From contig OZ219753.1 in NCBI GenBank assembly GCA_964291315.2, forward strand, positions 2,816,001 through 2,880,000: a DNA stretch of 64,000 nucleotides. The letters run 5' to 3'. How positions within the stretch are numbered: the stretch's first letter is position 1; each line of letters opens with the position of its first letter. Shown piece after piece: positions 9,466 to 19,436 of this stretch. This DNA comes from Candidatus Poribacteria bacterium (GTDB lineage Bacteria; Poribacteria; WGA-4E; WGA-3G). The translations under genes and the position numbers were made by a program. Under the pieces are notes generated by a model, which did not search any database, was not told the DNA's origin, and saw only the letters and a list, made by a program, of their open reading frames with translations.

Positions 9466-10051
9466 ATAAACTTCCTTTTGTGGATAGTACCCCTGTGATG
9501 GATGCATCGAGACGGGTTGCGATGTGCAAAGCTTTCGCAACTGCTTTGAAGATGGCCTCTATGATGTGATGTTGGTTTGTGCCGTAAGGGACATTGATAT
9601 GCAGCGTTGTGCCGCTATGGTTCACGAATCCGTGGAAAAATTCTTCTACAAGTTCAACATCGAAATCACCGACTTTTGCGTCTCGGAGCGGTGTCTCGTA
9701 ATGTAAGTAAGGTCGCCCGCAAACGTCAAGGTCAACTGTGGCAAGGGATTCATACATTGGAACGGTGAAGCTGCCGAAGCGACACATTCCTGCTTTGTCG
9801 AGCACTGATTTTTGGAGGGCTTGCCCTAGACAGATACCGATGTCTTCGGTGGTATGGTGTGCGTCTACGTGTAGGTCTCCGTTTGCTTGAATTTCTAGGT
9901 CGAAGAAGCCGTGCTTAGCGAAGAGGTTTAACATGTGATCGAGAAATCCGACCCCCGTGTTAGTAGTAGAGGCCCCTGTTCCGTCGAGGTTCAGCCGGAG
10001 CTGGATACGGGTTTCTGCTGTTTCCCGGACGATTTCTGCTGTTCTGTCCAT
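9464..10051 (-). CDS. hisB: Imidazoleglycerol-phosphate dehydratase
   Basis: RETAET, GFLDHML, DAHHTTED, NQHHIIEAIFKA, STKG. Confidence 0.97.
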   Translation of the reverse strand: MDRTAEIVRETAETRIQLRLNLDGTGASTTNTGVGFLDHMLNLFAKHGFFDLEIQANGDLHVDAHHTTEDIGICLGQALQKSVLDKAGMCRFGSFTVPMYESLATVDLDVCGRPYLHYETPLRDAKVGDFDVELVEEFFHGFVNHSGTTLHINVPYGTNQHHIIEAIFKAVAKALHIATRLDASITGVLSTKGSL

Positions 10052-10064
10052 ATTTTCTGCTCAC

Positions 10065-12662
10065 TTAAGCCCATGTTATGAGGCCAAGTTCATAGAGAGA
10101 TTCCAAATCCTCGTGATAGGGTAAGGCGCGTACGGTGTACCCGTGTAGTCCGGTCTCTTTCAAAGTGAGTGTCCCTTCAAAGAGGTAAGCCCCATCGCCC
10201 AAATCTTCGCGATATTCCATTGGGGTGACCTTACCGTTGTGAATTTCCCCTGTGGCATCTAATACGCCGTGGTAAATTTGAACTGCGAGCTCGTGTGGAG
10301 ATAAGATGTCAGTGTGAGCGATTACCTGCACGGTTGTCGATTGACCGACACCGAGTTCAAGATTTTGGACTGCAGTGAATGTTTTTGTAGAGGGTTTTGT
10401 CTCAATCCAAAGATTGTGCCAGTGATCGCGGACGTATTTTTTCCAATGTGCTAGAGCGAGTCCGCGTTTCGCTTCGTCTTCATTGAGTTTTAGCCAACGT
10501 CGGTGCGTTGGCAAATAGAGCTGTTCGGCGTATTCTGTCACCATTCGTTTGGTATTGAAAATAGGTACTAGGTTCTGCATTGCGGTTTTCATGCAGGCGA
10601 CCCACTCATAAGGTACATTGTCGACCGGGTTACGTTCATAAAAGAGCGGGACGATTTCTTTTTCAAGGAGATCATAGATAGCGTTAGCATGGGTTTTGTC
10701 ATCAGACTTTGTATTGTCTGGGGTGGTGCCGATGTCAATGGTCCATCCGCCGCCTAAATAGTTTGCTTCTGCCCACCAACCATCTGCGATGCTGAGGTTA
10801 AGTGCACCGTTTGCTGCTGCTTTCATGCCGCTTGTGCCGCTGGCTTCGTTGGGGCGTAGAGGGTTATTTAACCAGATATCGACTCCTTCAACGAGATAAC
10901 GTCCGACGCAGATATCGTAGTTTTCAATGAAGACGATTTTGTGATAGAAGCGTGGTTCTGCTGCGATACGTGCGATACGTTGGATGAGCAATTTTCCTGC
11001 ATAATCGTGGGGGTGTGCTTTCCCGGAAAAGATAATTTGTACCGGATGTTCGGGATGATTGAGAATTTTATCAAGTCTGTCAACATCGTGAAAGAGCAGC
11101 GTTGCGCGTTTGTAGGTCGCAAATCGGCGTGCGAAACCGATGGTCAATGCGTCGGAGTTGAGTTCTTTAATCGTTGTCCTGTCTGATTCTTGGCGGCGAG
11201 CAAAAATTGTACCTTCTTGTGCTTGTTTTTGTTCTTGCCGTTGTCGCGTAAAGGTGATCAGGCGTTCGCGGCGGCGTTCGTGTATACGCCACAATTCAGG
11301 ATCAGGGATTTGGGATATCTGCGTCCAGAAGGCTTGGTTGGTCAGTTCGACAATCCAGTGGGGTCCGAGGTATCTGTCGAAGAGGCTTTGCATATCGTTG
11401 GAGACCCAGGAGCGTGTATGGATTCCGTTGGTAATTGCGTTAATAGGTACTTCATGTACAGGAATGCCGTCCCAAAGATTTTTCCACATATCGCGGGCAA
11501 CCTGCCCGTGTAGTTGACTCACGCCGTTGCGCATTGCAGAGAGTCTTAGTGCGAGGAGTGCGGGGCTGAATTCACTATTGGTGTTGGCGGGTTCTGTTCT
11601 GCCGAGGCCGAGGAAGGTTTTTGCGGAAACGCCGAGTTCGTCGTAATAGTCACTGAGGTAGTAATTGACCAAATCAGGTGAAAACCAGTCAATGCCAGCT
11701 GGTACCGGTGTGTGCGTTGTGAAGATATTTCCGCTTTTTGTTGTTTCAGAGGCTTCTTCGAAGCGGATGTCCATTTCCTGCATCAGTTGCCGAATGCGTT
11801 CAATTGTGAGAAACGCGGCATGTCCTTCATTCATGTGGCAGACAGTGGGGCGGATACCGAGTGCGATCAGGGCGCGGTATCCACCGATGCCTAGCAAAAT
11901 CTCTTGTTTAATGCGGAGCCGCTCATCTCCGCCGTACAAGTAGTCGGTGATGTTTCGTAATTCTTCGGTTTCGTTTTCTGGGATGTTGGTATCTAAGAGG
12001 TATAACGAGACGCGCCCGACCTGAGCGCGCCAGATTTTGGCGAAGAGCGTGCCTTCTGGATATGCGACTTCTATTAATACGGGACTTCCATCAGGGTGCT
12101 TTTCTGGTTGGATAGGCATATTGTAGAAATCATTTGTCGGGTAATCTGCCATTTGCCATCCGTCTGCGGTAAGTGTCTGTCGGAAGTAGCCATGTTGATA
12201 TAACAGGCCCACACCGACCAACGGCAGCCCGAGGTGGCTTGTGGACTTCAAATGGTCCCCGGCCAAGACTCCTAAGCCGCCGGAGTAGAGTGGCATACAC
12301 TCGGTTAACCCGTACTCCATTGAAAAATAGGCGATTTTCAGATTGTTGAGCGCGTCATCATTATAATTGGACTCAAGCCATGTAGGGATTTTATGGTATT
12401 CTTTGAATTTTCTGTGGATAACCTGAAGGTGTGCTAGGAAGGTGTTGTTTTTTGATGCTGCATCCAACTGTTCTTGGGAAATCTGTCCGAGCATCGCAGC
12501 TGGGTTGTGGTAGGTTTTTTCCCATAATTCAGCATCTAGGTAACGAAACAGATCCAGTGCTTCACGATCCCAAGTCCACCACAAATTTAAGGCGAGCTCG
12601 CGCAGAGGTTCAAGATTCGGCGGTAGAGTAGGTACCACTGTTAATTGACGAAGTGGTTTCAT
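10065..12662 (-). CDS. glgP: Alpha-glucan (glycogen) phosphorylase
   Basis: YFSMEYG, YSGGLGVLAGD, HMNEGH, ARRFATYKR, PLP-site motif EASGTSGMK. Confidence 0.97.
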   Translation of the reverse strand: MKPLRQLTVVPTLPPNLEPLRELALNLWWTWDREALDLFRYLDAELWEKTYHNPAAMLGQISQEQLDAASKNNTFLAHLQVIHRKFKEYHKIPTWLESNYNDDALNNLKIAYFSMEYGLTECMPLYSGGLGVLAGDHLKSTSHLGLPLVGVGLLYQHGYFRQTLTADGWQMADYPTNDFYNMPIQPEKHPDGSPVLIEVAYPEGTLFAKIWRAQVGRVSLYLLDTNIPENETEELRNITDYLYGGDERLRIKQEILLGIGGYRALIALGIRPTVCHMNEGHAAFLTIERIRQLMQEMDIRFEEASETTKSGNIFTTHTPVPAGIDWFSPDLVNYYLSDYYDELGVSAKTFLGLGRTEPANTNSEFSPALLALRLSAMRNGVSQLHGQVARDMWKNLWDGIPVHEVPINAITNGIHTRSWVSNDMQSLFDRYLGPHWIVELTNQAFWTQISQIPDPELWRIHERRRERLITFTRQRQEQKQAQEGTIFARRQESDRTTIKELNSDALTIGFARRFATYKRATLLFHDVDRLDKILNHPEHPVQIIFSGKAHPHDYAGKLLIQRIARIAAEPRFYHKIVFIENYDICVGRYLVEGVDIWLNNPLRPNEASGTSGMKAAANGALNLSIADGWWAEANYLGGGWTIDIGTTPDNTKSDDKTHANAIYDLLEKEIVPLFYERNPVDNVPYEWVACMKTAMQNLVPIFNTKRMVTEYAEQLYLPTHRRWLKLNEDEAKRGLALAHWKKYVRDHWHNLWIETKPSTKTFTAVQNLELGVGQSTTVQVIAHTDILSPHELAVQIYHGVLDATGEIHNGKVTPMEYREDLGDGAYLFEGTLTLKETGLHGYTVRALPYHEDLESLYELGLITWA

Positions 12663-12686
12663 TTAATGTTGTGCTCCTCCGGCAAT

Positions 12687-12911
12687 CTATTCAACATCTG
12701 TCTGTGATTCTCGTACTTTGAGCGTTATGTAAGTGCCTTGTTTTCGTTGTTTAAAATCTATTTTTCCTTCGCGAGCTAGCCAACCGATTCCCATAAGGAT
12801 TGAACGTTGCGTTTCGCCAATTTCACGGATCATTTTTGTAACAGTGGCTTCGTTGTTTTGGTCAAGATATTTCCAGATAGCCCCAGCAACGTTTCCTATA
12901 TTGTCTAACAT
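12687..12911 (-). CDS. Small winged helix-turn-helix protein (DUF2582-like)
   Basis: IGNVAGAIWKYL...IGWLAREGKI signature; GGAGG RBS. Confidence 0.85.
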   Translation of the reverse strand: MLDNIGNVAGAIWKYLDQNNEATVTKMIREIGETQRSILMGIGWLAREGKIDFKQRKQGTYITLKVRESQTDVE

Positions 12912-13048
12912 TCTTACCTCCGAAAGGTTATTAAGTGATTACTGATTATTAATTATCAGATGTCGGCTGAACTTAAGAGTGCCCAACCGGATAGTGAATT
13001 GTTACATTCAGGTCTTTTAGGTGCTGACGGCGGGCCTCGCTTATAATT

Positions 13049-13077
13049 ATAATAGTTGCTTTTCGTAAGTTTGTCAA
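13049..13077 (-). promoter_or_regulatory. Sigma70-type promoter for the wHTH-glgP-hisB-glgC operon
   Basis: TTGACA-N17-TATTAT on the minus strand. Confidence 0.6.
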
Positions 13078-13307
13078 GGAGAAAAATAAGATCCAAAGTT
13101 CTAACGGAAGGATGGTATATAAAAAGGCAGAAGTACAGATGAAACAGACGATATTCGAAAGTTGCGTTGCCTCGTTTGAAAAATGTCTTGACAACTTCCT
13201 GTTTCACATGATAATTTTAAAACGGTTGTAGCATGGTATTAAAATTTCATAATTTTATATTGCAAGCCATGGATTCATAGAAAAAAATACGGAGTGAGGT
13301 AAAAAAT

Positions 13308-15056
13308 GTGAGCGTTGTTGTTCATGTTACACACGAGGCCCTCCAAAAGATAGGGGGGATCGGGGCAGTTTTAGAGGGGCTGTTGACAACCCATAGTTAC
13401 AATGAAACGATTGGGCGTACTTTTCTCGTCGGTCCACTTTCTCCTGGTGCCGATTTGCGGGAATTAGAGACTGTGCTGTATCACGCTAGTGCGGGTACAA
13501 AAGATACGCGGCATGCGGATGTTCTGAGTCGGATTGAACAGACCTATCATGTTGAGATTGTCTACGGTCAACGTCGATTTGAGGACAAAAATAAAAAAGT
13601 TACGACCCTTACAGATGTTATCTTGGTGAATGTATCAAGCAGCGACGAGGAACGGACGGGGCGGTTTAAATGGCAGCTCTACGAACATTTCCATCTCGAA
13701 TCAAGTCGTTACGAAACTGAATGGGAGTTTGAGGAGTACGTCCGTCTCGCTGAACCGGCTTATGATGCATTGCGGGCTTTAATCGATGATGTGACAGCTC
13801 CTCCTATTTTCGTTATTTCTCATGAATTTATGGGGATGCCGCTTGCACTGAAAACGCTCATTGAGCGGAAAAACGGCGAAGGTGCCGAGAACATGCGCAC
13901 CGTTTTTTATGCTCATGAAGTGGCAACCGTCCGTCCGCTTGTTGAGGAACATCCTGGGCACGATATCCGTTTCTATAACGTTTTAAAACAAGCGACGGCG
14001 CATGGACAGATGGTTCGGGATGTTTTTGATGATCCGTTTTGGTATTTCAAACATGCGTTGATCGATAAAGCGCATCTGTGTGATGCTATTTTTGCGGTTG
14101 GGGATCTGGTTGTAGAGGAGCTCCGGTTTCTAGCAAAGCCGTTTGAGCATTTCCCGATTAACCTCGTTTATAACGGTGTTCCGGCGTTTCGGGTGACTCT
14201 GCAAGAAAAATTAAAATCAAAGGCACTGCTCCAGAAATACACAGCGGCCCTGTTGGAGTACCGTCCAGATTATGTTTTCACGCATGTAACGCGTCTTGTC
14301 AAAAGCAAAGGGTTATGGCGCGATTTACAAGTGCTTACACACTTGGATTCGTTACTTGCCTCCAACGATAAGACAGCGGTTTTGTTCATTCTCTCCACAG
14401 AAATTGCGACGGGGCGCCCGTATGAAATTGTTCATGAAATGGAGCGGGAATACGGTTGGCCGGTGCACCATAAAATTGGTTATCCTGATCTTGTAGGTGC
14501 CGAGGTGGAGTTAAATAACGGGGTTGCAGCCTTCAATTTGCAGTCTAAGGCGATCAAGGTGGTTTTTGTCAATCAATTCGGATGGAGCCGAGAAGCTTGC
14601 GGGGAACGGATGCCTCCGGAGATGGCGTTCATGGACGTTCGTAAGGGAAGCGATGCGGAATTTGGTCAGTCAATTTATGAACCTTTTGGCATTGCCCAAG
14701 TGGAACCGCTCAGCTTCGGTGCGATCTGTGTTGTTAGTAATGTGTGTGGGTGCTGCGGATTCATCCATCGCGCAACCGAGGGGCAGGAGGTGCCGAATGT
14801 CGTTGTTGCTGACTATACGCAGCTCCAGATACCCCCGAAAGTATTAGAAGATGTGATTCACATCGGTTCGGCGGAAAGGAGCGCGATTGAGTTGGAGAAC
14901 AGCAGAGATATCGCGGCGAAACTCCTCGGTCGTCTGCCGCGCAAGCCTCGTGATGTGGAAGATATGATCCGAACGGGCTACGACATCGCCTCTCGTATGA
15001 GTTGGGAGGTTGTCGTTGAAAATTATTTCTTGCCTGGATTAAAACGGGCGTTGTAA
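13308..15056 (+). CDS. Glycogen synthase-like GT-B glycosyltransferase (GT3-like)
   Basis: HEALQKIGGIG (KxGG), SHEFMG, YEPFGIAQVE (E-x7-E); lies in the glycogen cluster. Confidence 0.75.
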   Translation: MSVVVHVTHEALQKIGGIGAVLEGLLTTHSYNETIGRTFLVGPLSPGADLRELETVLYHASAGTKDTRHADVLSRIEQTYHVEIVYGQRRFEDKNKKVTTLTDVILVNVSSSDEERTGRFKWQLYEHFHLESSRYETEWEFEEYVRLAEPAYDALRALIDDVTAPPIFVISHEFMGMPLALKTLIERKNGEGAENMRTVFYAHEVATVRPLVEEHPGHDIRFYNVLKQATAHGQMVRDVFDDPFWYFKHALIDKAHLCDAIFAVGDLVVEELRFLAKPFEHFPINLVYNGVPAFRVTLQEKLKSKALLQKYTAALLEYRPDYVFTHVTRLVKSKGLWRDLQVLTHLDSLLASNDKTAVLFILSTEIATGRPYEIVHEMEREYGWPVHHKIGYPDLVGAEVELNNGVAAFNLQSKAIKVVFVNQFGWSREACGERMPPEMAFMDVRKGSDAEFGQSIYEPFGIAQVEPLSFGAICVVSNVCGCCGFIHRATEGQEVPNVVVADYTQLQIPPKVLEDVIHIGSAERSAIELENSRDIAAKLLGRLPRKPRDVEDMIRTGYDIASRMSWEVVVENYFLPGLKRAL

Positions 15057-15081
15057 CTATCTACTTTTAGGAGAAACGTTG

Positions 15082-15921
15082 ATGTCACATCAAACTTCAT
15101 GGGATGTGCCGGTCGCGATGACACCGGAGCAGAAGTTTTTCTTTGATCTTCGCGGGTGGATTCTGATACCCTCGGTACTTTCGGATCCGGAAATCGAGGA
15201 GATGAAAGCTGATGTCTATGCCGGGGCTAGACAGAGCTATCAAGGTGCTTTACAGATTTTGCTTGACCATCCTGCGATTGTTGGAATCTTGAGCGAGATT
15301 TTGTCGGAGGATCCGTTTGTATTGGATGACTGTTACAGTTTTCGGTGTGAGGGTTCCTTTACGACTGTGAGGTCTCCGGGCTGGAGTGCATCCGCGCGCG
15401 GCGACAATGGTATGCCGCATGTCGTACGTCCGCCGCAGCAAGCGAACGCGATGCGTTATCAGGTTGCTGGCGGGAAGATCTTTTCGGGATTAACACGCGT
15501 GGTATGGGAACTTGAGGAGGTCAAATCGGGACAGGGCGGTACTTCTTTCCTCAGCGGTTCACACAAAGCTCATTTCAATTATGGTGGGCCTGATCCGTAC
15601 CGTCCAAACATCAGTGGATCGCCGTGGGAGGCGAGCATGCGTGAACTGATGGACGACTACAGCTGCCCGCCGGGTTCGGTTGTTATCTTCACTGAAAGTC
15701 TTATCCATGCTGCTAACGATTGGACAAATCCGTCAAACCCACGTTGCGCGGTCTTCAATTGTTACAATTCGATTTGGGCGCAGTGGCACCGGCTGAATCT
15801 GAGTCATGAGATCATTGAAACGATGCCGTCGAAGCGGCAATCGTTGTTCCGTGGCACGTGGGCAATAGGCGGTGGTCCCGGTGGCAACCGTGTGTATTCG
15901 ATAGAGAATAACACGATCTGA
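15082..15921 (+). CDS. PhyH-family Fe(II)/2OG oxygenase-like protein with an atypical metal motif
   Basis: FFFDLRGW, GGTSFLSGSHK, PGSVVIFTESLIH...R; PHVV in place of HxD. Confidence 0.8.
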   Translation: MSHQTSWDVPVAMTPEQKFFFDLRGWILIPSVLSDPEIEEMKADVYAGARQSYQGALQILLDHPAIVGILSEILSEDPFVLDDCYSFRCEGSFTTVRSPGWSASARGDNGMPHVVRPPQQANAMRYQVAGGKIFSGLTRVVWELEEVKSGQGGTSFLSGSHKAHFNYGGPDPYRPNISGSPWEASMRELMDDYSCPPGSVVIFTESLIHAANDWTNPSNPRCAVFNCYNSIWAQWHRLNLSHEIIETMPSKRQSLFRGTWAIGGGPGGNRVYSIENNTI

Positions 15922-16150
15922 TACCAAGTGTTCGTTTGGCGGGTTCAAGAGGTTGAGCTCAGCGCGCCTACCGCGAAATAGATATAAAAGAGCTGGAGGG
16001 TTTGGCTTCAGGTGTCCAGCAGCCTTCTGGCAGCCTTAATTTATTTTGGTGCATGCCGTAGTTTCCAGAGCATCACTGTTCGATCCTCACTGCTGCTTGC
16101 GATTGTCAAAGCGGTCTATAAAGCGAATCGATGATGAATTAAATTCCGTT

Positions 16151-18199
16151 TCAAGTGGCAAGAACCTGTGCGCTCCGGGCGGGTACATACAGTTGGATGG
16201 ATTGCCTATGTCCGTCTATGGGCATATCTTGCCATGGGTAATTGGTACCCTCTACGAGTGCTTGTCCGCCATAGGTTCTGTCGTCGGTATTCAAGATGAG
16301 GCGGTAATCTGCTTGTCGCGGTGCTGGAATGCGCCAATCGGTAACGGATGTGGTTGGATGCAAGTTGAATGCAAAGAGAAGTCCACTCCGTTCGTAGACG
16401 ATCAGTTTGGTGTCTTCGTGGATAGATAAGAGGTTAATCTTTTCATCGGCCAGGAGCTGGTGTTCTCTATCGAGGTGCTGCATTGCGCGGTCGAAGGCGT
16501 TGAGGTATTTGTATCGGAGCGTGTCATTGTCAACGAGGTGCCACTGTCTGCGTGCGTACCAATAAGAATTATGATTTCCAGCTCGTGGAAAGTCGATCCA
16601 TTCAGGGTGTCCGAATTCATTCCCGATAAAGTTGAGATATCCTTCTCCGCCCAAACTGAAGGTTAGGAGTCGGATGAGTTTGTGAAGAGCGATTCCTCTT
16701 GAAATTACGATGCTTGTTGTGCGAACACTCATGTTGGTGTAAAGTTCTGCGTCCATGAGTTGCATAGCGATCGTTTTATCGCCGACGATTGCTTGGTCGT
16801 GGCTTTCGACATAAGCGATATGTTTTTCGCCTGTTCTGCGGTTGCGCAGCATGCTGTAAATCTCGCCCATATGCCAGTTTTCGTCCTGTTTTTCCTTTAA
16901 TAGTTGGATCCAATAATCTGGAATTCCCATTGTGAGGCGGTAGTCGAAACCGAGTCCTCCTTCTTGGATAGGGCGTGCTAGCCCGGGCATGCCGCTCATG
17001 TCCTCGGCAATGGAAATCGCTGCGGGATTAACTGCGTGGAGGACCTCATTTGCGAGCATCAGGTAAGCGACTGCGTCCTGCTCGACTTCGTCACTGAAGT
17101 AATCGGTGTATCCTTTGAAGTGTCGTCCGAGTCCATGGTCGCTGTAAAGCATACTTGTGACGCCGTCGAACCTGAATCCGTCGAATCGATAGGTTTCCAG
17201 CCAATAGCGGATATTGCTGAGAAGAAAACGTTGCACTTCGTATTTACTATAATCAAAACATCGTGAGTCCCATGCGGTATGTTCGCCTTTATCGCCGGCG
17301 TGAAAATAGTGATGTGGTGTTCCATCAAAGTGGTTTAACCCTTCGTTGAGATTTTTGACAGCGTGGCTATGCACCAAGTCCATGATAACCAGTAGTCCGA
17401 TTCCGTGTGCTGTATCGACAAGTTCTTTTAGTTCTTCTGGTGTTCCGTATCGGCTTGAAACGGCGAAGAAGTTGCTCACGTGATACCCGAAGCTGGCATA
17501 ATAAGGGTGTTCCATCACTGGCATTAGTTGAACGGCATTGTAGCCTAGGTCGGCGATTCGGGGGAGTATGTTTTCTGTGAATTCAACGAATGTTCCGACT
17601 TTTTCGGCTTCCTGCGCTATGCCGACGTGTGCTTCGTAGATTCGCAATCCTTCCGTTTTGGCATTGAAACGGGGTGCTTGGTGTTTCCAGTGATATGGAT
17701 GCGGCGGTGCCCAGTATTGTCCTGTGAAATTGGTGCAGTCTTCCTGAATGACCCGTTGAATATAGGCGGGGAGTCGGTCGCGCGCACCGAGTGCAGAGAC
17801 GACGTGCACCTTGATTTTACTTCCGTGTATGAGTCGGTTGGCATATTTTCTGTCGGGTAGGAAGAGGTGCCAGATACCCCATTCGTCAACGGACATCGGG
17901 TTTGCGGTGCGATCCCAACCGTTAAAATCCCCGATCAGCGAAAGTGCTTGAGCGTTGGGTGCCCACTCTCGGTACCAGATTCCTGTTTCTCCGTTGTTTT
18001 CTCCAGAGTTGAGACCGAAGTAACGATGCCCTTGGCTTATTTTACCTAATAGGCCTTCTGTGTTTTCGATCTCGGTTTTGAAACGTTGGTAGTGCGCGAA
18101 CCGTTGGCGGAGTTGAGCGGTATACGGTTTTAGGAGCGGATCTTGTTGGATGAGTGCAGTGTGGTCTAGCTCTCTGATTTTTGGCGGTTGCTTTCCCAT
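16151..18199 (-). CDS. glgB: 1,4-alpha-glucan branching enzyme (GH13_8, eukaryote-like type)
   Basis: YREWAPNA, IYEAHVG, HPYYASFGYHV, DLVHSHA, FDGFRFDGVTSMLY, AEDMSG, ESHDQAIVGDKT, GNEFGHPEWIDFPR. Confidence 0.93.
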   Translation of the reverse strand: MGKQPPKIRELDHTALIQQDPLLKPYTAQLRQRFAHYQRFKTEIENTEGLLGKISQGHRYFGLNSGENNGETGIWYREWAPNAQALSLIGDFNGWDRTANPMSVDEWGIWHLFLPDRKYANRLIHGSKIKVHVVSALGARDRLPAYIQRVIQEDCTNFTGQYWAPPHPYHWKHQAPRFNAKTEGLRIYEAHVGIAQEAEKVGTFVEFTENILPRIADLGYNAVQLMPVMEHPYYASFGYHVSNFFAVSSRYGTPEELKELVDTAHGIGLLVIMDLVHSHAVKNLNEGLNHFDGTPHHYFHAGDKGEHTAWDSRCFDYSKYEVQRFLLSNIRYWLETYRFDGFRFDGVTSMLYSDHGLGRHFKGYTDYFSDEVEQDAVAYLMLANEVLHAVNPAAISIAEDMSGMPGLARPIQEGGLGFDYRLTMGIPDYWIQLLKEKQDENWHMGEIYSMLRNRRTGEKHIAYVESHDQAIVGDKTIAMQLMDAELYTNMSVRTTSIVISRGIALHKLIRLLTFSLGGEGYLNFIGNEFGHPEWIDFPRAGNHNSYWYARRQWHLVDNDTLRYKYLNAFDRAMQHLDREHQLLADEKINLLSIHEDTKLIVYERSGLLFAFNLHPTTSVTDWRIPAPRQADYRLILNTDDRTYGGQALVEGTNYPWQDMPIDGHRQSIQLYVPARSAQVLAT

Positions 18200-18261
18200 A
18201 ATGTATCAGTTTAGCATAAGAGGGCTTGCAATTCAAGTGGTTGGTGCGTTAAGATAGATAT

Positions 18262-19326
18262 ATGGAAACACGTTTCTATCGGTTAACGGTCCCTCTCATC
18301 TTCATTGTGCTGCTGGTACTCCGCGCTTCCGACGTTAAAGCGGTTGCGGGCTCCTTTGAAATTCAGGTATTTGACGGATCAACAGAAGTGATGCAACCGT
18401 ATACGCTGATTTCTGGGAAACGGTACCGGCTTCAGGCGGTCTCTCGGGATAAAAAAGTGCTGTCGGCACGGTGGTTTCTGTCAGGAAATTTAGGCAGCGT
18501 TACAACAGGTGTACGGCCGATGCTAACAGCGGTTTTGGTGGGCGATGGTAGTCTTATCTGCCGTGTGGCAGGTATAGAGCAGCGTGTGGGTTTGAGGGTT
18601 GTGCCTAAGACAGAAACAATAGGAGAGAGTGGTGGGAGGCTCCAAAGTCCGACGGGTGTAACGCTAGAGCTGCCTAAGGGTGCTCTCGATATTGAAAGGG
18701 AAATAGGGGTGGAAATTGTGGCATCCCCCGGGCCTTCGCCGCCGTTGTATCGAGTTGTGCGTGTTATTCAGATATCGCCGCGAGGTTTGGTGTTAAAACA
18801 ACCGGCAGAATTGACATTTCTGTTTGGCCGCGCTGGATTTGTAGGTGTGAAGCCGCAGCTCTATTTTTGGGAGGCGTTTCGGGAAAGGTGGGTACCTTTG
18901 CAAGGTCGTCGGGACGTGTCTCGAGGCGTGGTTACGTCTTCTATTAACCACTTCGGGATCTATACTTTGATGGCATCCGGGCGTGAAGATTTGAAATTGG
19001 GCGGGCAGCTGCAGATTCAGGATATAAAGCTCTCGCCGCGTCTGTTTTTTGGACTGGATAGGCATCGGTTAACGATAACCTATCGCCTCAGGGCTCCAGA
19101 TCCCGCGCAGATATTTGTGAGTATGGACATCTTTGATCTGCGGGGCAGACGGGTGCGCCGGTTGCTTGAAGAGGTGCTGCACTATGTGGGTTCGAACGCT
19201 GCGCAATGGGATGGATTGACGGATGATGGCAGGCTTGTCCGAAATGGGCGCTATTTACTTGTCATTCGAGCGAGAACGGGTGTACAGCGAGCGGTGGGTC
19301 GGAAACTAATTATAGTTTTTAAGTGA
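18262..19326 (+). CDS. Exported protein with a ZU5-like domain and a C-terminal FlgD Ig-like domain
   Basis: Signal peptide; IGESGGRL...GVTLELPKGAL...INHFGIY (ZU5-like); IFDLRGRRVRRL...WDGLTDDGRLVRNGRY (FlgD-Ig). Confidence 0.7.
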   Translation: METRFYRLTVPLIFIVLLVLRASDVKAVAGSFEIQVFDGSTEVMQPYTLISGKRYRLQAVSRDKKVLSARWFLSGNLGSVTTGVRPMLTAVLVGDGSLICRVAGIEQRVGLRVVPKTETIGESGGRLQSPTGVTLELPKGALDIEREIGVEIVASPGPSPPLYRVVRVIQISPRGLVLKQPAELTFLFGRAGFVGVKPQLYFWEAFRERWVPLQGRRDVSRGVVTSSINHFGIYTLMASGREDLKLGGQLQIQDIKLSPRLFFGLDRHRLTITYRLRAPDPAQIFVSMDIFDLRGRRVRRLLEEVLHYVGSNAAQWDGLTDDGRLVRNGRYLLVIRARTGVQRAVGRKLIIVFK

Positions 19327-19353
19327 ATGGCTTTAGACTCTCGAAAAAGAGAC

Positions 19354-19382
19354 TTGACACCATCTGTTTAAAATGATAAATT
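19354..19382 (+). promoter_or_regulatory. Sigma70-type promoter for the 19437 gene
   Basis: TTGACA-N17-TAAATT. Confidence 0.55.
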
Positions 19383-19436
19383 GACTTTCAAACGAAGAAA
19401 TCTTTTTAGTTTTTTAAAGAGAGAGAAGGGAACAAC

